Assembly: GCF_014841125.1 (NCBI RefSeq) | Contig: NZ_JACYTQ010000007.1 | Location: forward strand, 203,257-267,256 | Reading direction: 5' to 3' | From: Echinicola arenosa | GTDB lineage: Bacteria > Bacteroidota > Bacteroidia > Cytophagales > Cyclobacteriaceae | Length of the DNA stretch: 64,000 nucleotides | Shown: positions 50,332 through 61,055 of the stretch, piece by piece | Layout: each line of letters starts with the position of its first letter | Position numbering within the stretch: position 1 is the first letter of the stretch | The notes under the pieces: generated by a model | Databases searched by the model: none | The model's input: only the letters and a program-made list of their open reading frames with translations | Told to the model about the DNA's origin: nothing | Translations under genes and position numbers: made by a program

Positions 50332-50923
50332 GTAATTTTTCTTCTTCTATGTATGCTTCCAAACGATCTCCTACATTTACTTTACCAACTCCAGCTGGTG
50401 TGCCGGTAAATATGAGATCTCCTTTTTTTAACGTAAAAAACTTTGAGATATATTCTAGAATCACACCAAAATCAAAAAGCATCATAGCGGTATTACCCTT
50501 TTGTATTTGTACACCGTTAATATTCAGATGGAAATTGATGTCGGATAGATCCTTAAAACTTTCCTTGGAAAGAAAGCTTCCAACAGGCGCAGAACCATTG
50601 AAACCCTTGGCAATTTCCCATGGTAATCCTTTTTCTTTACAGGTTTTCTGAATGTCCCTTGCTGTAAAATCAATCCCGATACCAATTTCATCAAAGTAGC
50701 GGTGAGCAAATTCCCTTTTGATAAATTTCCCTTCCCTGTTTATTTTTAGGACAAGTTCTACTTCATGATGGATGTCATTGGAGAAATCTGGTAAATAGAA
50801 AGGAAGGTTGTTTTTCAGCAGCGCAGTATCAGGCTTCAAAAAAACAACAGGGTTTTCGGGTCTTTCATTTTGGAGCTCTTCAATATGCTCTACGTAATTT
50901 CGGCCAATGGCGATGATTTTCAT
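50312..50923 (-). CDS. fumarylacetoacetate hydrolase (FAH) family protein
   Basis: Start moved to the internal Met MKIIAIGRNYVEHIEEL (typical FAH N-terminus); ~200 aa. Confidence 0.75.
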   Translation of the reverse strand: MKIIAIGRNYVEHIEELQNERPENPVVFLKPDTALLKNNLPFYLPDFSNDIHHEVELVLKINREGKFIKREFAHRYFDEIGIGIDFTARDIQKTCKEKGLPWEIAKGFNGSAPVGSFLSKESFKDLSDINFHLNINGVQIQKGNTAMMLFDFGVILEYISKFFTLKKGDLIFTGTPAGVGKVNVGDRLEAYIEEEKLLDFEIK

Positions 50924-51034
50924 GAAAAATCGGATTATAGGTTTTTCTAAGTTTTCACAAAGAAACTTAATAAGCATGGATTAAGAAAATGTTTCTTCGG
51001 CTTAATTTACAGGCGTTAGCCCTAAAAATAGGTG

Positions 51035-51913
51035 TTATTTTAATTCAGGGAGTGGAATATATGAATTATCCCCTTTGACCATGGGCCAGTCTTTTGCTTT
51101 CCACCTTTTTTTAGCGGTAGCTATGGTTGACTTTTCACTGGAGACAAAATTCCATTCTATAAACCTTTCTTCTTCAAAAGCAGGGCCACCAAATAGGATG
51201 ATATGACTTTCAGCTTTGATCTCCAAAGCACATTGGTTATCAATTTTAGAGACCAGTAGGTTACCTTTTTCTACAAGGTTTTCACAGGCTTTGACTTCTC
51301 CTTCTACTACGCAAATGCCAATTTCTCCTTCAAGCTGTCCAGCAATTTCAAGGCTATATTCACCATTGGTTTTTATATCGACCATGAACAAGTCTGAGTG
51401 TACTGGAACAGGAGATATCTTCCCATAACCTGTGCCTGCAACAAGTGTAAACTGGGCAGATTGATCTTTCCAGGTGGGCAGGTCCTTTGCATCAATATGA
51501 TGAAACTGAGGGGCCATGTTCTCTTTTTCTTTGGGCAGGGCTACCCAAATCTGGTACCCATGAATAGGATAGGTCTTCCCATCTCTTTGTTCAGGAGGAG
51601 TTCTTTCTGTATGGGTGACGCCTTTTCCAGCGGTCATCCAATTAACAGATCCGGGTGAGATACGCTGCTTGGTACCAAGGCTATCCTCATGGATCATTTC
51701 ACCTTCCAAGAGAAAAGTTAGAGTGGATAAGCCGATATGCGGATGTTGGCCTATATCCATATATTTGGTTGGGCCAACTGTTGACGGCCCCATATGATCA
51801 ATAAAGACAAATGGGCCTACCATTCTCTTGTTGCGGAAGGGAAGTAACCTCCCCAACATAAAGTCGCCTATGTCACGACTTCTTTCAGGAATGATAAGGT
51901 CTGTATTTGACAT
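51035..51913 (-). CDS. pirin-family (quercetin 2,3-dioxygenase-like) bicupin protein
   Basis: 292 aa, ...GPFVFIDHMGP...HPHIGLSTLTFLLEGEMIHEDSLG... Confidence 0.8.
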   Translation of the reverse strand: MSNTDLIIPERSRDIGDFMLGRLLPFRNKRMVGPFVFIDHMGPSTVGPTKYMDIGQHPHIGLSTLTFLLEGEMIHEDSLGTKQRISPGSVNWMTAGKGVTHTERTPPEQRDGKTYPIHGYQIWVALPKEKENMAPQFHHIDAKDLPTWKDQSAQFTLVAGTGYGKISPVPVHSDLFMVDIKTNGEYSLEIAGQLEGEIGICVVEGEVKACENLVEKGNLLVSKIDNQCALEIKAESHIILFGGPAFEEERFIEWNFVSSEKSTIATAKKRWKAKDWPMVKGDNSYIPLPELK

Positions 51914-51920
51914 TTATTAT

Positions 51921-52439
51921 TTATTTAGAGATTTGAAGCCAGGAAATATTCCAATTCAATCCTAAAGTAACAGGAAATGTAAAGCCATTAAATATAGCAG
52001 TGAAATTCTTTTTACGCTTAGGTTCAAAATCTTTATGAGAAGCATTTTCCCTTCTTTCCTTGGCTTTTTTGAGGTTGTTGGTTGAAAAGAGTTTTATAGT
52101 AAAAGTTCTCTGGTAAACCTCTATTTCTGTTACATCAAGTTCAGTTTCTCGGAACTCCTGATTACCATAGACAACAGTGATTTGAGAACTTCTGAAATCT
52201 GGAATTTCGGTGAGGAAATCCATCAAATAGGTATGGAATTCATCAGTTGATATGCTGTTCATTCCTAACTTCTCATCAGAAAGATGAATTTGTATTTTAG
52301 TATGGCCAGCGTTTGAATCTTCTTGAGTGATTTGTGTTATGGAAAATCCTTTGGGGATAAATAAACCTGGTAAGTGTTCCACCAATATAGGCATCTTAGG
52401 TGTCAGCTCCAGAAGCTGAATAAAATCTATCGTTCGCAT
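51921..52439 (-). CDS. DUF6428-like protein (paralog of 54415-54966), possibly arsenic-related
   Basis: Shared blocks with the ars-operon DUF6428 gene (F.ITQ/EI..., HIQIHL/HIQLW, IKLF.STT/NN.KKAK). Confidence 0.4.
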   Translation of the reverse strand: MRTIDFIQLLELTPKMPILVEHLPGLFIPKGFSITQITQEDSNAGHTKIQIHLSDEKLGMNSISTDEFHTYLMDFLTEIPDFRSSQITVVYGNQEFRETELDVTEIEVYQRTFTIKLFSTNNLKKAKERRENASHKDFEPKRKKNFTAIFNGFTFPVTLGLNWNISWLQISK

Positions 52440-52748
52440 ATCTTATTACTTCAATTCTTAATCTAGGATACGTATTTTTTAATTAATTAGCCACAAAGAT
52501 CATCAAAATAATGATTTTTTTTTAATCGAAAAATTGGAATAATAATACGGTTTATAAGCAAAATTATAAGGAATTGAAATGATTTGATGTTTTGTATTTT
52601 ATAAAATGTTTTTTATGTCTAAAAAAAACGAATAACGTGTAAAAAATACATATAAGAGTCTTTCATGATTGTCACAAGAAAATATAAAAAAATATTCCAA
52701 GCGGTAAATATTTGATCTTGAAGTGTTTTGGAGTAGGCTCCATTTGGA

Positions 52749-53789
52749 TCAGATATAGAATTTTTTTCTTAACCAAAGGCTAACTTTTACCAATAAAATC
52801 AAAGCTGGTACTTCGATAAGTGGTCCTATGACACCAACAAATGCTTGACCGCTATGAATGCCAAAAACACCGATAGCAACAGCAATGGCCAACTCGAAGT
52901 TGTTGCCGGCAGCTGTAAATGAAACGGCAGCATTTTGATCGTATGGTGCTCCTGAAAGTTTGCACGTAACAAATCCCACCAAAAACATTATGATGAAATA
53001 GAGTATTAAAGGAATAGCTATCAAAAGTATGTCACCGGGGATTTGGACTATCAATTCCCCTTTCAGGCTGAACATGATAATAATGGTGGATAATAAGGCT
53101 ACCAAGGTTATTGGGGAGATACTTGGGATGAATTTTTCATTATACCATGACTCTCCCTTTAGTTTTACTAGAATGACCCTGCTGAAAAAACCTAAAAGAA
53201 AAGGAATCCCCAAGTAGATGCCAACACTTTCAGCAATAGTAGCAATAGAAATATCTACATTCACACCATCAAACCCAAAGTATGGAGGCAAAACGGTGAT
53301 AAATAACCAAGCATAAAAGCCATATACAAAAACTTGGAAAATACTGTTCAAGGCCACCAAAGCGGCACCGTACTCTTTGCTCCCTTCACCCAAGTCATTC
53401 CAAACTAAAACCATGGCGATGCACCTGGCTAGCCCAATTAAAATCAAACCAACCATGTATTCAGGATGGTCATTTAAAAAGAGCATTGCTAAAACAAACA
53501 TCAATATTGGCCCTATGACCCAATTCAATAGCAGTGAAATGGAAAGTATTTTGGTGTTTTGGAAAACCTTTGGTAATAAAGCATAGTTGGCCTTGGCCAA
53601 GGGTGGGTACATCATTAGGATCAATCCAATGGCTATGGGCAAATTGGTAGTTCCATAACTGTAAGTATTAATACTTTCCGCAAGCTGTGGAAAAAAATAA
53701 CCTAACAATATGCCCACGCACATCGCAGTAAAAATCCATAAGGTGAGGTACTGATCTAGGAAGTTTAGTTTTTTAGTGGTAGAAGCCAT
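52749..53789 (-). CDS. arsB: ACR3-family arsenite efflux transporter
   Basis: Start at the internal Met [20 protein letters not shown]...; ten predicted TM helices, ACR3-typical. Confidence 0.85.
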   Translation of the reverse strand: MASTTKKLNFLDQYLTLWIFTAMCVGILLGYFFPQLAESINTYSYGTTNLPIAIGLILMMYPPLAKANYALLPKVFQNTKILSISLLLNWVIGPILMFVLAMLFLNDHPEYMVGLILIGLARCIAMVLVWNDLGEGSKEYGAALVALNSIFQVFVYGFYAWLFITVLPPYFGFDGVNVDISIATIAESVGIYLGIPFLLGFFSRVILVKLKGESWYNEKFIPSISPITLVALLSTIIIMFSLKGELIVQIPGDILLIAIPLILYFIIMFLVGFVTCKLSGAPYDQNAAVSFTAAGNNFELAIAVAIGVFGIHSGQAFVGVIGPLIEVPALILLVKVSLWLRKKFYI

Positions 53790-53793
53790 TGGT

Positions 53794-54405
53794 TCAAATG
53801 TTGGAAAAGACATAAAACATTTCAGTTGCTATTTGAAGAGAACGCTCGTCGTAGCGAGCTTCTTCTTCGAGGCTGTCATCAAAAAGCTTGGGATCCATAT
53901 ATCGAATGGGGATTCTTAATTCTGCGCCGGGGATATAGGGACAGTTTTCATCTGCGTGAGCACAGGTCATTACAGCTGCAAAATTAGTTTTAGGATTTTT
54001 AGGGTGGTCAAAGCGCTTTGAAAATACCGATATCAGTGTTGGTTCAAACCCGTATTTTAACTTGTACAATGGGTTTTCTATGCCTTCTTTTTCTATTTCA
54101 AAACCGAAACGAATCAATGATGCAATAGTCCTTTCATTGCAAGCGGTTACTTCAGTTCCACTGGAAAAGCATGCCGCTTTCACATCATAGTAATCTGCAG
54201 CGACTTGTGCCCATACTTGTCCAAATTGGCTCCGTCTAGAATTGTGGGTACATATAAAGTTGATTTGGGCAGTCTTGTCATGATGTTCTGCAACATAATT
54301 GATCAAGGGTTGAAGCTCCTTTTTGCGTGTAGGAGAAATGGTATCAAAATTTAAAGCGTCAATTTTAGACTGCAACTTTGGAAAGAGGTTCTTCTTGGTT
54401 TTCAT
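53794..54405 (-). CDS. arsC: arsenate reductase, LMW-PTP (thioredoxin-coupled) type
   Basis: 203 aa, P-loop-like CTHNSRRSQ (CX5R LMW-PTP motif). Confidence 0.75.
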   Translation of the reverse strand: MKTKKNLFPKLQSKIDALNFDTISPTRKKELQPLINYVAEHHDKTAQINFICTHNSRRSQFGQVWAQVAADYYDVKAACFSSGTEVTACNERTIASLIRFGFEIEKEGIENPLYKLKYGFEPTLISVFSKRFDHPKNPKTNFAAVMTCAHADENCPYIPGAELRIPIRYMDPKLFDDSLEEEARYDERSLQIATEMFYVFSNI

Positions 54406-54414
54406 ATCTCCGGT

Positions 54415-54966
54415 TTAACAACAGTCAGATGAGGGTTCGCAGCAGTTTTCAGATTGTTTCTTCAAAGATTTGAGAGACAGTTTTACCTTTGGTTTAGGCA
54501 GTGCCTCTGGCCCACAGCAGGCTGCTGCTTTTTCCTCTTCTGTGGAAGCCCTGTCTTTGGCCTTGCAGGTTGTTGTTGATTCAAAAAGCTTAATATGCAA
54601 TTGATCTTTTTCAACTAAGATTCCGCTGATATTTAGTATCGCTGTATGAAAACTTTTGTTGCCATATTCAAATTTTATGTCTGTATCAGTTAATGTAGGT
54701 CTTACTTGATGGACGAGATCAAATATTTTGAGTGCCTTTTGTGCATTTAAATTGTGATCAGGCTCCAAGGTACCATTTTCCCAAAGTTGGATGTGAGTTT
54801 CACTCCACTGGTTTCTTTGGCCGCCACAGTCCACTGTGTCGAAATTTACATTTTTGATTTCCGTGATATGAAAATCATTTCTAACATATTTTCCTTCTGC
54901 ATATTCAAATACTAATCCATGGTTTGGATAGCTTCTGAGGGTATTGATAAATTCTTGAGTTTTCAT
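54415..54966 (-). CDS. DUF6428-family protein in ars operon, Cys-rich C-terminus
   Basis: 183 aa; C-terminal AAACCGPE...CCEPSSDCC vicinal cysteines, plausibly As(III)-binding. Sits between arsR and arsC. Confidence 0.45.
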   Translation of the reverse strand: MKTQEFINTLRSYPNHGLVFEYAEGKYVRNDFHITEIKNVNFDTVDCGGQRNQWSETHIQLWENGTLEPDHNLNAQKALKIFDLVHQVRPTLTDTDIKFEYGNKSFHTAILNISGILVEKDQLHIKLFESTTTCKAKDRASTEEEKAAACCGPEALPKPKVKLSLKSLKKQSENCCEPSSDCC

Positions 54967-55009
54967 AATTATATTATTGCAATATTACGATTAATAGTGT
55001 CAAATTTTT

Positions 55010-55393
55010 TTAACAGCAATTTTTTTTAAATTTCTCTGAGTCAAATTGATCGAATAGCTTGTTGAACAAGGATTGTATTCTTGCCCATTGGCTAGGGTTG
55101 ATACAATAACTGATCGATACGCCTTCAATGGTTCCTTGGATAATTCCCAGGGTTTTTAATTCCCTGAGGTGCTGGCTAATGGTGGCTTGGGCCAAACCTA
55201 ATTCCTTGACCAAATCTCCGTTTACGCAAGCATTGGCTTTGAGTAAGTGTTGGATGATGGCGATCCTTGCAGGGTGTGCGAGGGCCTTAGCTACATTGGC
55301 TAATTCGTTTTGCTCAGCACTGAATAAATCTGTTTTGGTAATCCCCATAATTGAATTATTATATTGCAATATTACGATTAATATTTTTTTCAA
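55010..55393 (-). CDS. arsR: ArsR-family metalloregulator
   Basis: ...LANVAKALAHPARIAIIQHLLKANACVNGDLVKELGLAQATISQHLRELK...; As(III)-binding Cys in the CVNG region. Confidence 0.8.
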   Translation of the reverse strand: MKKILIVILQYNNSIMGITKTDLFSAEQNELANVAKALAHPARIAIIQHLLKANACVNGDLVKELGLAQATISQHLRELKTLGIIQGTIEGVSISYCINPSQWARIQSLFNKLFDQFDSEKFKKNCC

Positions 55394-55609
55394 TCAAAAT
55401 AAATTGCAAAAAGTAGTTAGTGGAATTTAAGAAAGCTGTAAATATTTAAATAATACAATTTATTTCAGACACTTAATAGGTCATTTCCGTAAAACATAAT
55501 ATGTTTGTTAATAAATTGTTAATCAGGTGTTAGCTGATTAATTTATGTTATAGAAAAGGAAACTAACTGTATGTTTCTGATCAAATATAACTAAGAAGAG
55601 AGGAGTACT

Positions 55610-56278
55610 ATGAAATGGGCTTATAGCATTAAAAACAGGATGACCATTGCTATTTTGTTGATGGTGGTCTTTGTTTCTGTATTTGTTAAGAATATCTTGG
55701 ATGAAGAACATGTTTCTGATCTAAGCAGTTCATGTGCTACGATTTATGAAGATAGACTGCTGCCGGAGAGTTATATTTATCACCTTTCGGAGTATTTGTA
55801 TAAAAAGCAAATGATGATTGACGCTTGTCAGACACAGCTTGATTATGCAAATATTTCAGATAAAAACATACATTATAATTCAAAGATCGATTCTATTTTA
55901 AGCGACTTTGAGGCTACTTACTTGACAAAAGATGAGGAAATATACCTTACTGATCTAAAGAAAAATGTCAATGAACTTTATCATGTAGAGGCTAGATTAG
56001 GTCAGTATGCTGTTTTACCGGAAGATTTTCAACAAGCAAAACAAAAATCAGATCAGTTGATCTCTTTAGCTTCCAATAATCTTAATCAGTTATCTGAGGT
56101 TCAATTGACAGTTGGGAAGCAATTGAATGATGACTCTAAAAGAATCATGGCAGGTAGTGCAATTTTGACCAAATTTGAAACAGTGATTTTAATTGTACTG
56201 GGAATCTTGATTAACGCTTTGGTGTTTGGTGTGATTTCAAGTCGGTCAAAAATAAAGCAGACAGCGCACCTGAATTAA
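55610..56278 (+). CDS. MCP four-helix-bundle-like domain membrane protein (standalone sensor-like)
   Basis: N- and C-terminal TM helices flank a ~170-aa helical ectodomain; the family call is from architecture only. Confidence 0.4.
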   Translation: MKWAYSIKNRMTIAILLMVVFVSVFVKNILDEEHVSDLSSSCATIYEDRLLPESYIYHLSEYLYKKQMMIDACQTQLDYANISDKNIHYNSKIDSILSDFEATYLTKDEEIYLTDLKKNVNELYHVEARLGQYAVLPEDFQQAKQKSDQLISLASNNLNQLSEVQLTVGKQLNDDSKRIMAGSAILTKFETVILIVLGILINALVFGVISSRSKIKQTAHLN

Positions 56279-56342
56279 CAAAAAGATAAAGAACTTATTG
56301 GAGGCAGTTTTCGTTGAAAATTGCCTCTTTTATTTTGTAAAT

Positions 56343-58091
56343 ATGTCAACTCCTAGTAAAGAAAGAAAAGTGACCATGGGTCACGTTTTTAAAACAATTA
56401 TCTGGCCCAGAAGAAAGCATCTCTTTTTAGGCTTGTTTTTGATCATCATCAGTAGGTTGGCGGGACTTGTCCTGCCTGGTGCAAGTAAGTACCTGATGGA
56501 TGAAGTGATTCCCAATTCCAATATGCAGCTTCTTAAATGGTTGGTTATTGCAGTGGGTGCTGCTGTGGTCATCCAGGCTGTAACTTCATTTGCTTTAACC
56601 CAAATATTGAGCGTGGAAGCCCAGCATTTGATCGCCAAACTTAGGGCGAAGGTGCAGCGTCACATTATTCATTTGCCCATTCGCTTTTTCGATAATGCCA
56701 AAACAGGAGAACTAGTGTCAAGGATTATGACCGATGTGGAAGGGGTGCGGAATTTGGTGGGAACAGGTTTGGCACAGATGATCGGAGGGATACTGACATC
56801 GATCATTTGCTTAGGGCTGTTGATTTACATTAGCCCATTGATGACGTTATATGTTTTGGTTCCAGTGGTCGTTTTTGGATTGATCTCTTTAAAGGCTTTT
56901 AGTAAAATCCGTCCCATTTTCAGGGAAAGAGGAAAAATCAATGCTCAGGTGACTGGAAGACTGACAGAAACTTTAGGTGGTATCCGAGTGATCAAAGGTT
57001 TTAATGCGGAATCCCAAGAAGTAAAAACTTTTGAAGAAGGAGTTCTCAGGTTGTTTTTGAATATCAAGTCCAGCTTGACCACCACCAGTATGGTGACCAG
57101 TTCAGCCACCCTTTTGTTGGGGCTTGCTTCGGCTGGAATTATGGGGATTGGTGGTTATATGATCATGGAGGGAAACATGACCTTTGGGGATTTTCTGGCG
57201 TTTACCTTGTATTTAGGCTTTATGATTGCTCCAATTGTCCAGATGAGTAATATCGGTAGCCAGTTGACAGAAGCTTTTGCCGGCTTGGACAGAACGGAGG
57301 AAATTATGAATATACCATTGGAGGAGGATGAGAAAACCAGAAATATACAGCTCCCAAGGATCAATGGTGATGTTGAGTTTGATCGGGTGAGTTTTGCCTA
57401 TGAAGAGGGTAAACCAGTTGTCAAAGAGGTAAACTTTGAAGCCAAGGCAGGAACCATGACGGCTTTGGTGGGAACATCTGGCTCAGGAAAGACCACCATC
57501 GCTGGCTTGGTAGCTTCCTTTCTCAACCCGGCCAGTGGGACCATCAAGGTGGATGGTCAGGACTTACAGCAAGTAAGTCTTTCCAGTTTCAGGAGCCAAT
57601 TGGGAGTAGTGCTGCAGGATGATTTTCTCTTTGAAGGGACTATCCGCGAAAATATACTTTTCCCAAGGCCTGATGCAAGCCAAGAACAGTTGACACAAGC
57701 GGTATTTGCAGCCCATGTTCATGAGTTTACAGATCGGTTTGAAGATGGATTGGATACTTTGATAGGAGAGCGCGGAGTCAAACTTTCCGGAGGTCAAAAG
57801 CAACGGATTGCCATAGCCAGAGCCATTTTGGCAGATCCAAGGATTTTGATCTTGGATGAGGCCACTTCCAATTTGGATACGGAAAGTGAAACATTGATTC
57901 AGGCCAGTTTGAAAGAACTGATGAAAGGTCGAACCACTTTTGTGATTGCCCACCGGTTAAGTACCATCAGACAGGCCAATCAGATTTTGGTGGTGGAGAA
58001 GGGGCAAATTGTAGAGCGTGGAAGGCATGAAGAACTGATGGAAAGTCAAGGGAGATATTATGATTTGTATACTTATCAGGCGAGGATTTAG
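56343..58091 (+). CDS. ABC transporter permease/ATP-binding protein (MsbA-like exporter)
   Basis: 6-TM domain plus NBD (GTSGSGKTT, LSGGQKQRIAIARA, ILILDEATSNLD). Start set at the ATG at 56343. Confidence 0.85.
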   Translation: MSTPSKERKVTMGHVFKTIIWPRRKHLFLGLFLIIISRLAGLVLPGASKYLMDEVIPNSNMQLLKWLVIAVGAAVVIQAVTSFALTQILSVEAQHLIAKLRAKVQRHIIHLPIRFFDNAKTGELVSRIMTDVEGVRNLVGTGLAQMIGGILTSIICLGLLIYISPLMTLYVLVPVVVFGLISLKAFSKIRPIFRERGKINAQVTGRLTETLGGIRVIKGFNAESQEVKTFEEGVLRLFLNIKSSLTTTSMVTSSATLLLGLASAGIMGIGGYMIMEGNMTFGDFLAFTLYLGFMIAPIVQMSNIGSQLTEAFAGLDRTEEIMNIPLEEDEKTRNIQLPRINGDVEFDRVSFAYEEGKPVVKEVNFEAKAGTMTALVGTSGSGKTTIAGLVASFLNPASGTIKVDGQDLQQVSLSSFRSQLGVVLQDDFLFEGTIRENILFPRPDASQEQLTQAVFAAHVHEFTDRFEDGLDTLIGERGVKLSGGQKQRIAIARAILADPRILILDEATSNLDTESETLIQASLKELMKGRTTFVIAHRLSTIRQANQILVVEKGQIVERGRHEELMESQGRYYDLYTYQARI

Positions 58092-58120
58092 AATGAAGTA
58101 CGAAGTATAATGTAGGAGGA

Positions 58121-58148
58121 AGGAAGAGGGAAGTAGGAAGAGGGAAGT
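58121..58148. repeat. perfect 14-nt tandem duplication (AGGAAGAGGGAAGT x2)
   Basis: Direct reading of the intergenic sequence. Confidence 0.6.
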
Positions 58149-58280
58149 GCGAAGTTGGGAATATTGAGTAAGAAGATGAAAAATTGTAAGGGCAGGCTTC
58201 TGATGATTTATTCGGAATGATTCTGTCAGGTCGAGCTTGTCTTTGTCGCAAGACAGGTGGAGTCGAGCCCATAAATTGAG

Positions 58281-58340
58281 AAAGCTGTTCCTGATGCCTG
58301 TCCTGAATTAAAGTCAAAGGATACGGTCAGGGACAGCTTT
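58281..58340. repeat. long imperfect hairpin (AAAGCTGTTCCTGA ... TCAGGGACAGCTTT) between convergent genes; possible bidirectional terminator/REP-like element
   Basis: 14-bp stem with one mismatch and a ~30-nt loop. A second hairpin GTCTTTGTCGCAAGACAG lies at ~58240-58260. Confidence 0.4.
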
Positions 58341-58363
58341 TAAATAGGATTTAAAAACTTAAT

Positions 58364-60019
58364 TTAACAACCATCATTTTTTTGAGGTTTGAAATAGGGG
58401 ATATAACTGAAGCTGATCCCTTTATTTTTGCTTTCTCCTTTTATGGCTTCTGTTGGAGTTTTTACTTTGTACATTTCCTTTTTCCATTCTGGAATCTGAT
58501 CGAATACTTTTTGTAAGTCATTCAGTGTTCCTCCCAGTTGACCTTCATATTTCTTTGGGTGCTTTTGGTGTTCAAAATAAATTTCAATGGCTTTCTCATA
58601 TGCAGAAATATGATCATAACCAGTTCTATTCATGAAATAGGTCCAATAGAAGTCGTTATTCGTTTGCAAATAAACTTCAGTTTCATAATTGAATTTCCCG
58701 TTGTTTTCAGAGGTATAGTTTCTATGATAGGACCAAAATGCAATGTCTTCTTGGTTATAGGATTTTAGCTCTCTATTTGGTATTTCTTTTCTATCCAAAT
58801 AAATTTTATAATCAGTATTTTTTTGCCACTCTTTCATTTGATAGTTTGAGGGACGTTTTTTGTTCAATATAGGAGGTGCAGGAACCATTGAAAGTTTTGA
58901 AGCTTTTTCCCTGCTTTTTTTTGACATAAGTGCCCAGAGTTGTCTCATTCTCTCTACTTCAGTTTCATCGTACCTTACTCCTCGCTTTTCTAACCGGGCT
59001 TCATTCATTATTCTCTTGTAATCTTTATATAGCATTTCATATTCTTTCAAATATTCATCATCTTGTAGGCCTGATGTATTTAAGTTATTTTTTTGAACCT
59101 GTGAGCTTTCCTGAGGCCTCATTGCTAGCAATGATACAATTCCAATAGCAATGGGAAGGGTCAGCAGCACTTTGATTGCTGTCTTTTGCCAGTTTTTGGT
59201 TTTGTTCATCATGGTTATTCGGTTTTTGGTCAATGAATATTTTGAATAGCTTACCAAGTGGTTTTGCTGATGTTGCTGGGCATAGGATAGTAGCAGGTAT
59301 TGATAGCTTTTTTTGTCTTGGTACTTAATGATTACCTCCTCATCTGCAATAAACTCATGGTTAGATTGGATGGCTTTTTTATAGCGTTGCAATATCGGAT
59401 TGAACCAGAAAATGACCTTCAGTACTTCAATGAATAAAATGTCCAAGCTGTGCCATTGATGGGCATGGACAGCTTCATGATGAAGTAATTGGTGATGAAC
59501 GACCCCTTTTTGGAACTGAGACTTGTCCAGAAAAATAAACCTTAAGAAGGTGAAGGGAAGATCTTTTCCTGAACTTAGTACAATCTTAAATGAGCCTTTA
59601 TCGATTATCTCACACATTTTAATCTTCGAGTACAGTTTGCGCAGATGGATCAACAATCGAATAATAAGAACAAGTGATACCAAGAAGGAAATTGCCATTA
59701 AAATGGTCTCCAAAGGTGGGATTTGAAGGGGGGCCACCTTGCTTTTTGTTTCCAAAATGACGGGGGTCGAGTTGGTCTCCATCTGCTCCGAAGGAAGAAT
59801 TTCTTCAACTGCAAAATGGGTGAAAGTAGGAGTGACCTTAACTACTTTCGTATAAGGTTTTAGAGGAGATGGTATGAAAGGAACACACAATGAAAAGATG
59901 AGACTTCCCAAAAGAAAATACCGATTGAATTGGTAGGCTTTTTCTTTGGATAGGAGAAAGTGGTAAGCCAAGTATAAAATTAACAGGCTTATAGTGGATT
60001 TGATCAAATAGACAATCAT
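58364..60019 (-). CDS. BlaR1-like M56-family peptidase / signal transducer
   Basis: N-terminal TM helices and HEAVHAHQWH (HExxH) motif; 551 aa. Overlaps and is co-transcribed with blaI. Confidence 0.7.
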   Translation of the reverse strand: MIVYLIKSTISLLILYLAYHFLLSKEKAYQFNRYFLLGSLIFSLCVPFIPSPLKPYTKVVKVTPTFTHFAVEEILPSEQMETNSTPVILETKSKVAPLQIPPLETILMAISFLVSLVLIIRLLIHLRKLYSKIKMCEIIDKGSFKIVLSSGKDLPFTFLRFIFLDKSQFQKGVVHHQLLHHEAVHAHQWHSLDILFIEVLKVIFWFNPILQRYKKAIQSNHEFIADEEVIIKYQDKKSYQYLLLSYAQQHQQNHLVSYSKYSLTKNRITMMNKTKNWQKTAIKVLLTLPIAIGIVSLLAMRPQESSQVQKNNLNTSGLQDDEYLKEYEMLYKDYKRIMNEARLEKRGVRYDETEVERMRQLWALMSKKSREKASKLSMVPAPPILNKKRPSNYQMKEWQKNTDYKIYLDRKEIPNRELKSYNQEDIAFWSYHRNYTSENNGKFNYETEVYLQTNNDFYWTYFMNRTGYDHISAYEKAIEIYFEHQKHPKKYEGQLGGTLNDLQKVFDQIPEWKKEMYKVKTPTEAIKGESKNKGISFSYIPYFKPQKNDGC

Positions 60020-60387
60020 TGCTTTTTATTTTCGATTTGACGATCTATCAACTGTTTGAGGTCCTCCAATTCCTCCTGGCTCAAGTCAGTTTCTGAGGTG
60101 AAGAAAGAGGCAAACTGGGAGGGACTATTATCAAAGAAATTTTTAATCATTCCTTTTACCTGTTTTCCAAAATAGCTGCTCTTCTGGACCAAGGGGTAGT
60201 ATTCCCTGGAATTACCAAAAGTCCTGAAGGCCACGAATTTTTTGTCTGTCATCCTCTTGAGTAGCGTGGCCACGGTGGTCGCTGCGGGTTTGGGTTCTGG
60301 ATAGGCTTCCAGCAGGTCCTTCATAAAAGCCTTTTCCATTTTCCATAGGTAATTCATCAATTGTTCTTCGCTTGGAGCAAGTTTCAT
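60016..60387 (-). CDS. BlaI/MecI/CopY-family transcriptional repressor
   Basis: Start at the internal Met MKLAPSEEQLMNYLWKMEKAFMKDLL... (winged helix of the penicillinase-repressor family). Confidence 0.8.
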   Translation of the reverse strand: MKLAPSEEQLMNYLWKMEKAFMKDLLEAYPEPKPAATTVATLLKRMTDKKFVAFRTFGNSREYYPLVQKSSYFGKQVKGMIKNFFDNSPSQFASFFTSETDLSQEELEDLKQLIDRQIENKKQ

Positions 60388-60713
60388 TTCTACAGTATTA
60401 GATGTTGTTCTATAAATGTAGAATAAAAATTTAATTAAAAAAATAGTTCGAATAAATTTTATCACAAATAGCTATTTAATAGACTTTTGAGATAAGGCTA
60501 TCTGAAAGGGAATTGCCCAAGCAGATTTGATATTAAGAAATTCGGATATTTTAGTTTTAGAACTCTATAAAAAATTGTTTAGCAACGCTCTACAAAAGTC
60601 AATAAGGAAAATTAGCTAAAAAGTATCGGTCTAAAGCAAATTGGGAGGAGGCCTTAAATACCTTTTTTCAATACTTAAGGCCCATTACTTTTTTCATTTA
60701 ACTTAATAAACTA

Positions 60714-61046
60714 CTATAATTCAAATACCTGTTTCATTATTTGCCATTTTTCCCCTTCAGGAACCCCTGGAAGACCTTGCTGGTAAGTCCACATCAGGTC
60801 CTCCCATTCTTTTACTTTAGGATTGGCAGCATCCATTTTAGCTTTTTTCTCGAATGTAAAATCATCATCTGCCTCCATCACCATAAATAGTCGGTTTTCC
60901 CATCGGTAAATGTCCATACGGCTGATTCCTGCATCCTTAATACTTTTTTTGATTTCTGGCCACACCTCTTGATGGTAATCTTCATACTCTTTGATCAATT
61001 GGAGATCGTTTTTTAGATCCAAGGCCATGGTATATATCTTGCTCAT
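60714..61046 (-). CDS. rhaM: L-rhamnose mutarotase (RhaM/YiiL family)
   Basis: 110 aa; ...YEDYHQEVWPEIKKSIKDAGISRMDIYRWENRLFMVME... is typical. Confidence 0.8.
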   Translation of the reverse strand: MSKIYTMALDLKNDLQLIKEYEDYHQEVWPEIKKSIKDAGISRMDIYRWENRLFMVMEADDDFTFEKKAKMDAANPKVKEWEDLMWTYQQGLPGVPEGEKWQIMKQVFEL

Positions 61047-61055
61047 TTTGATAAA

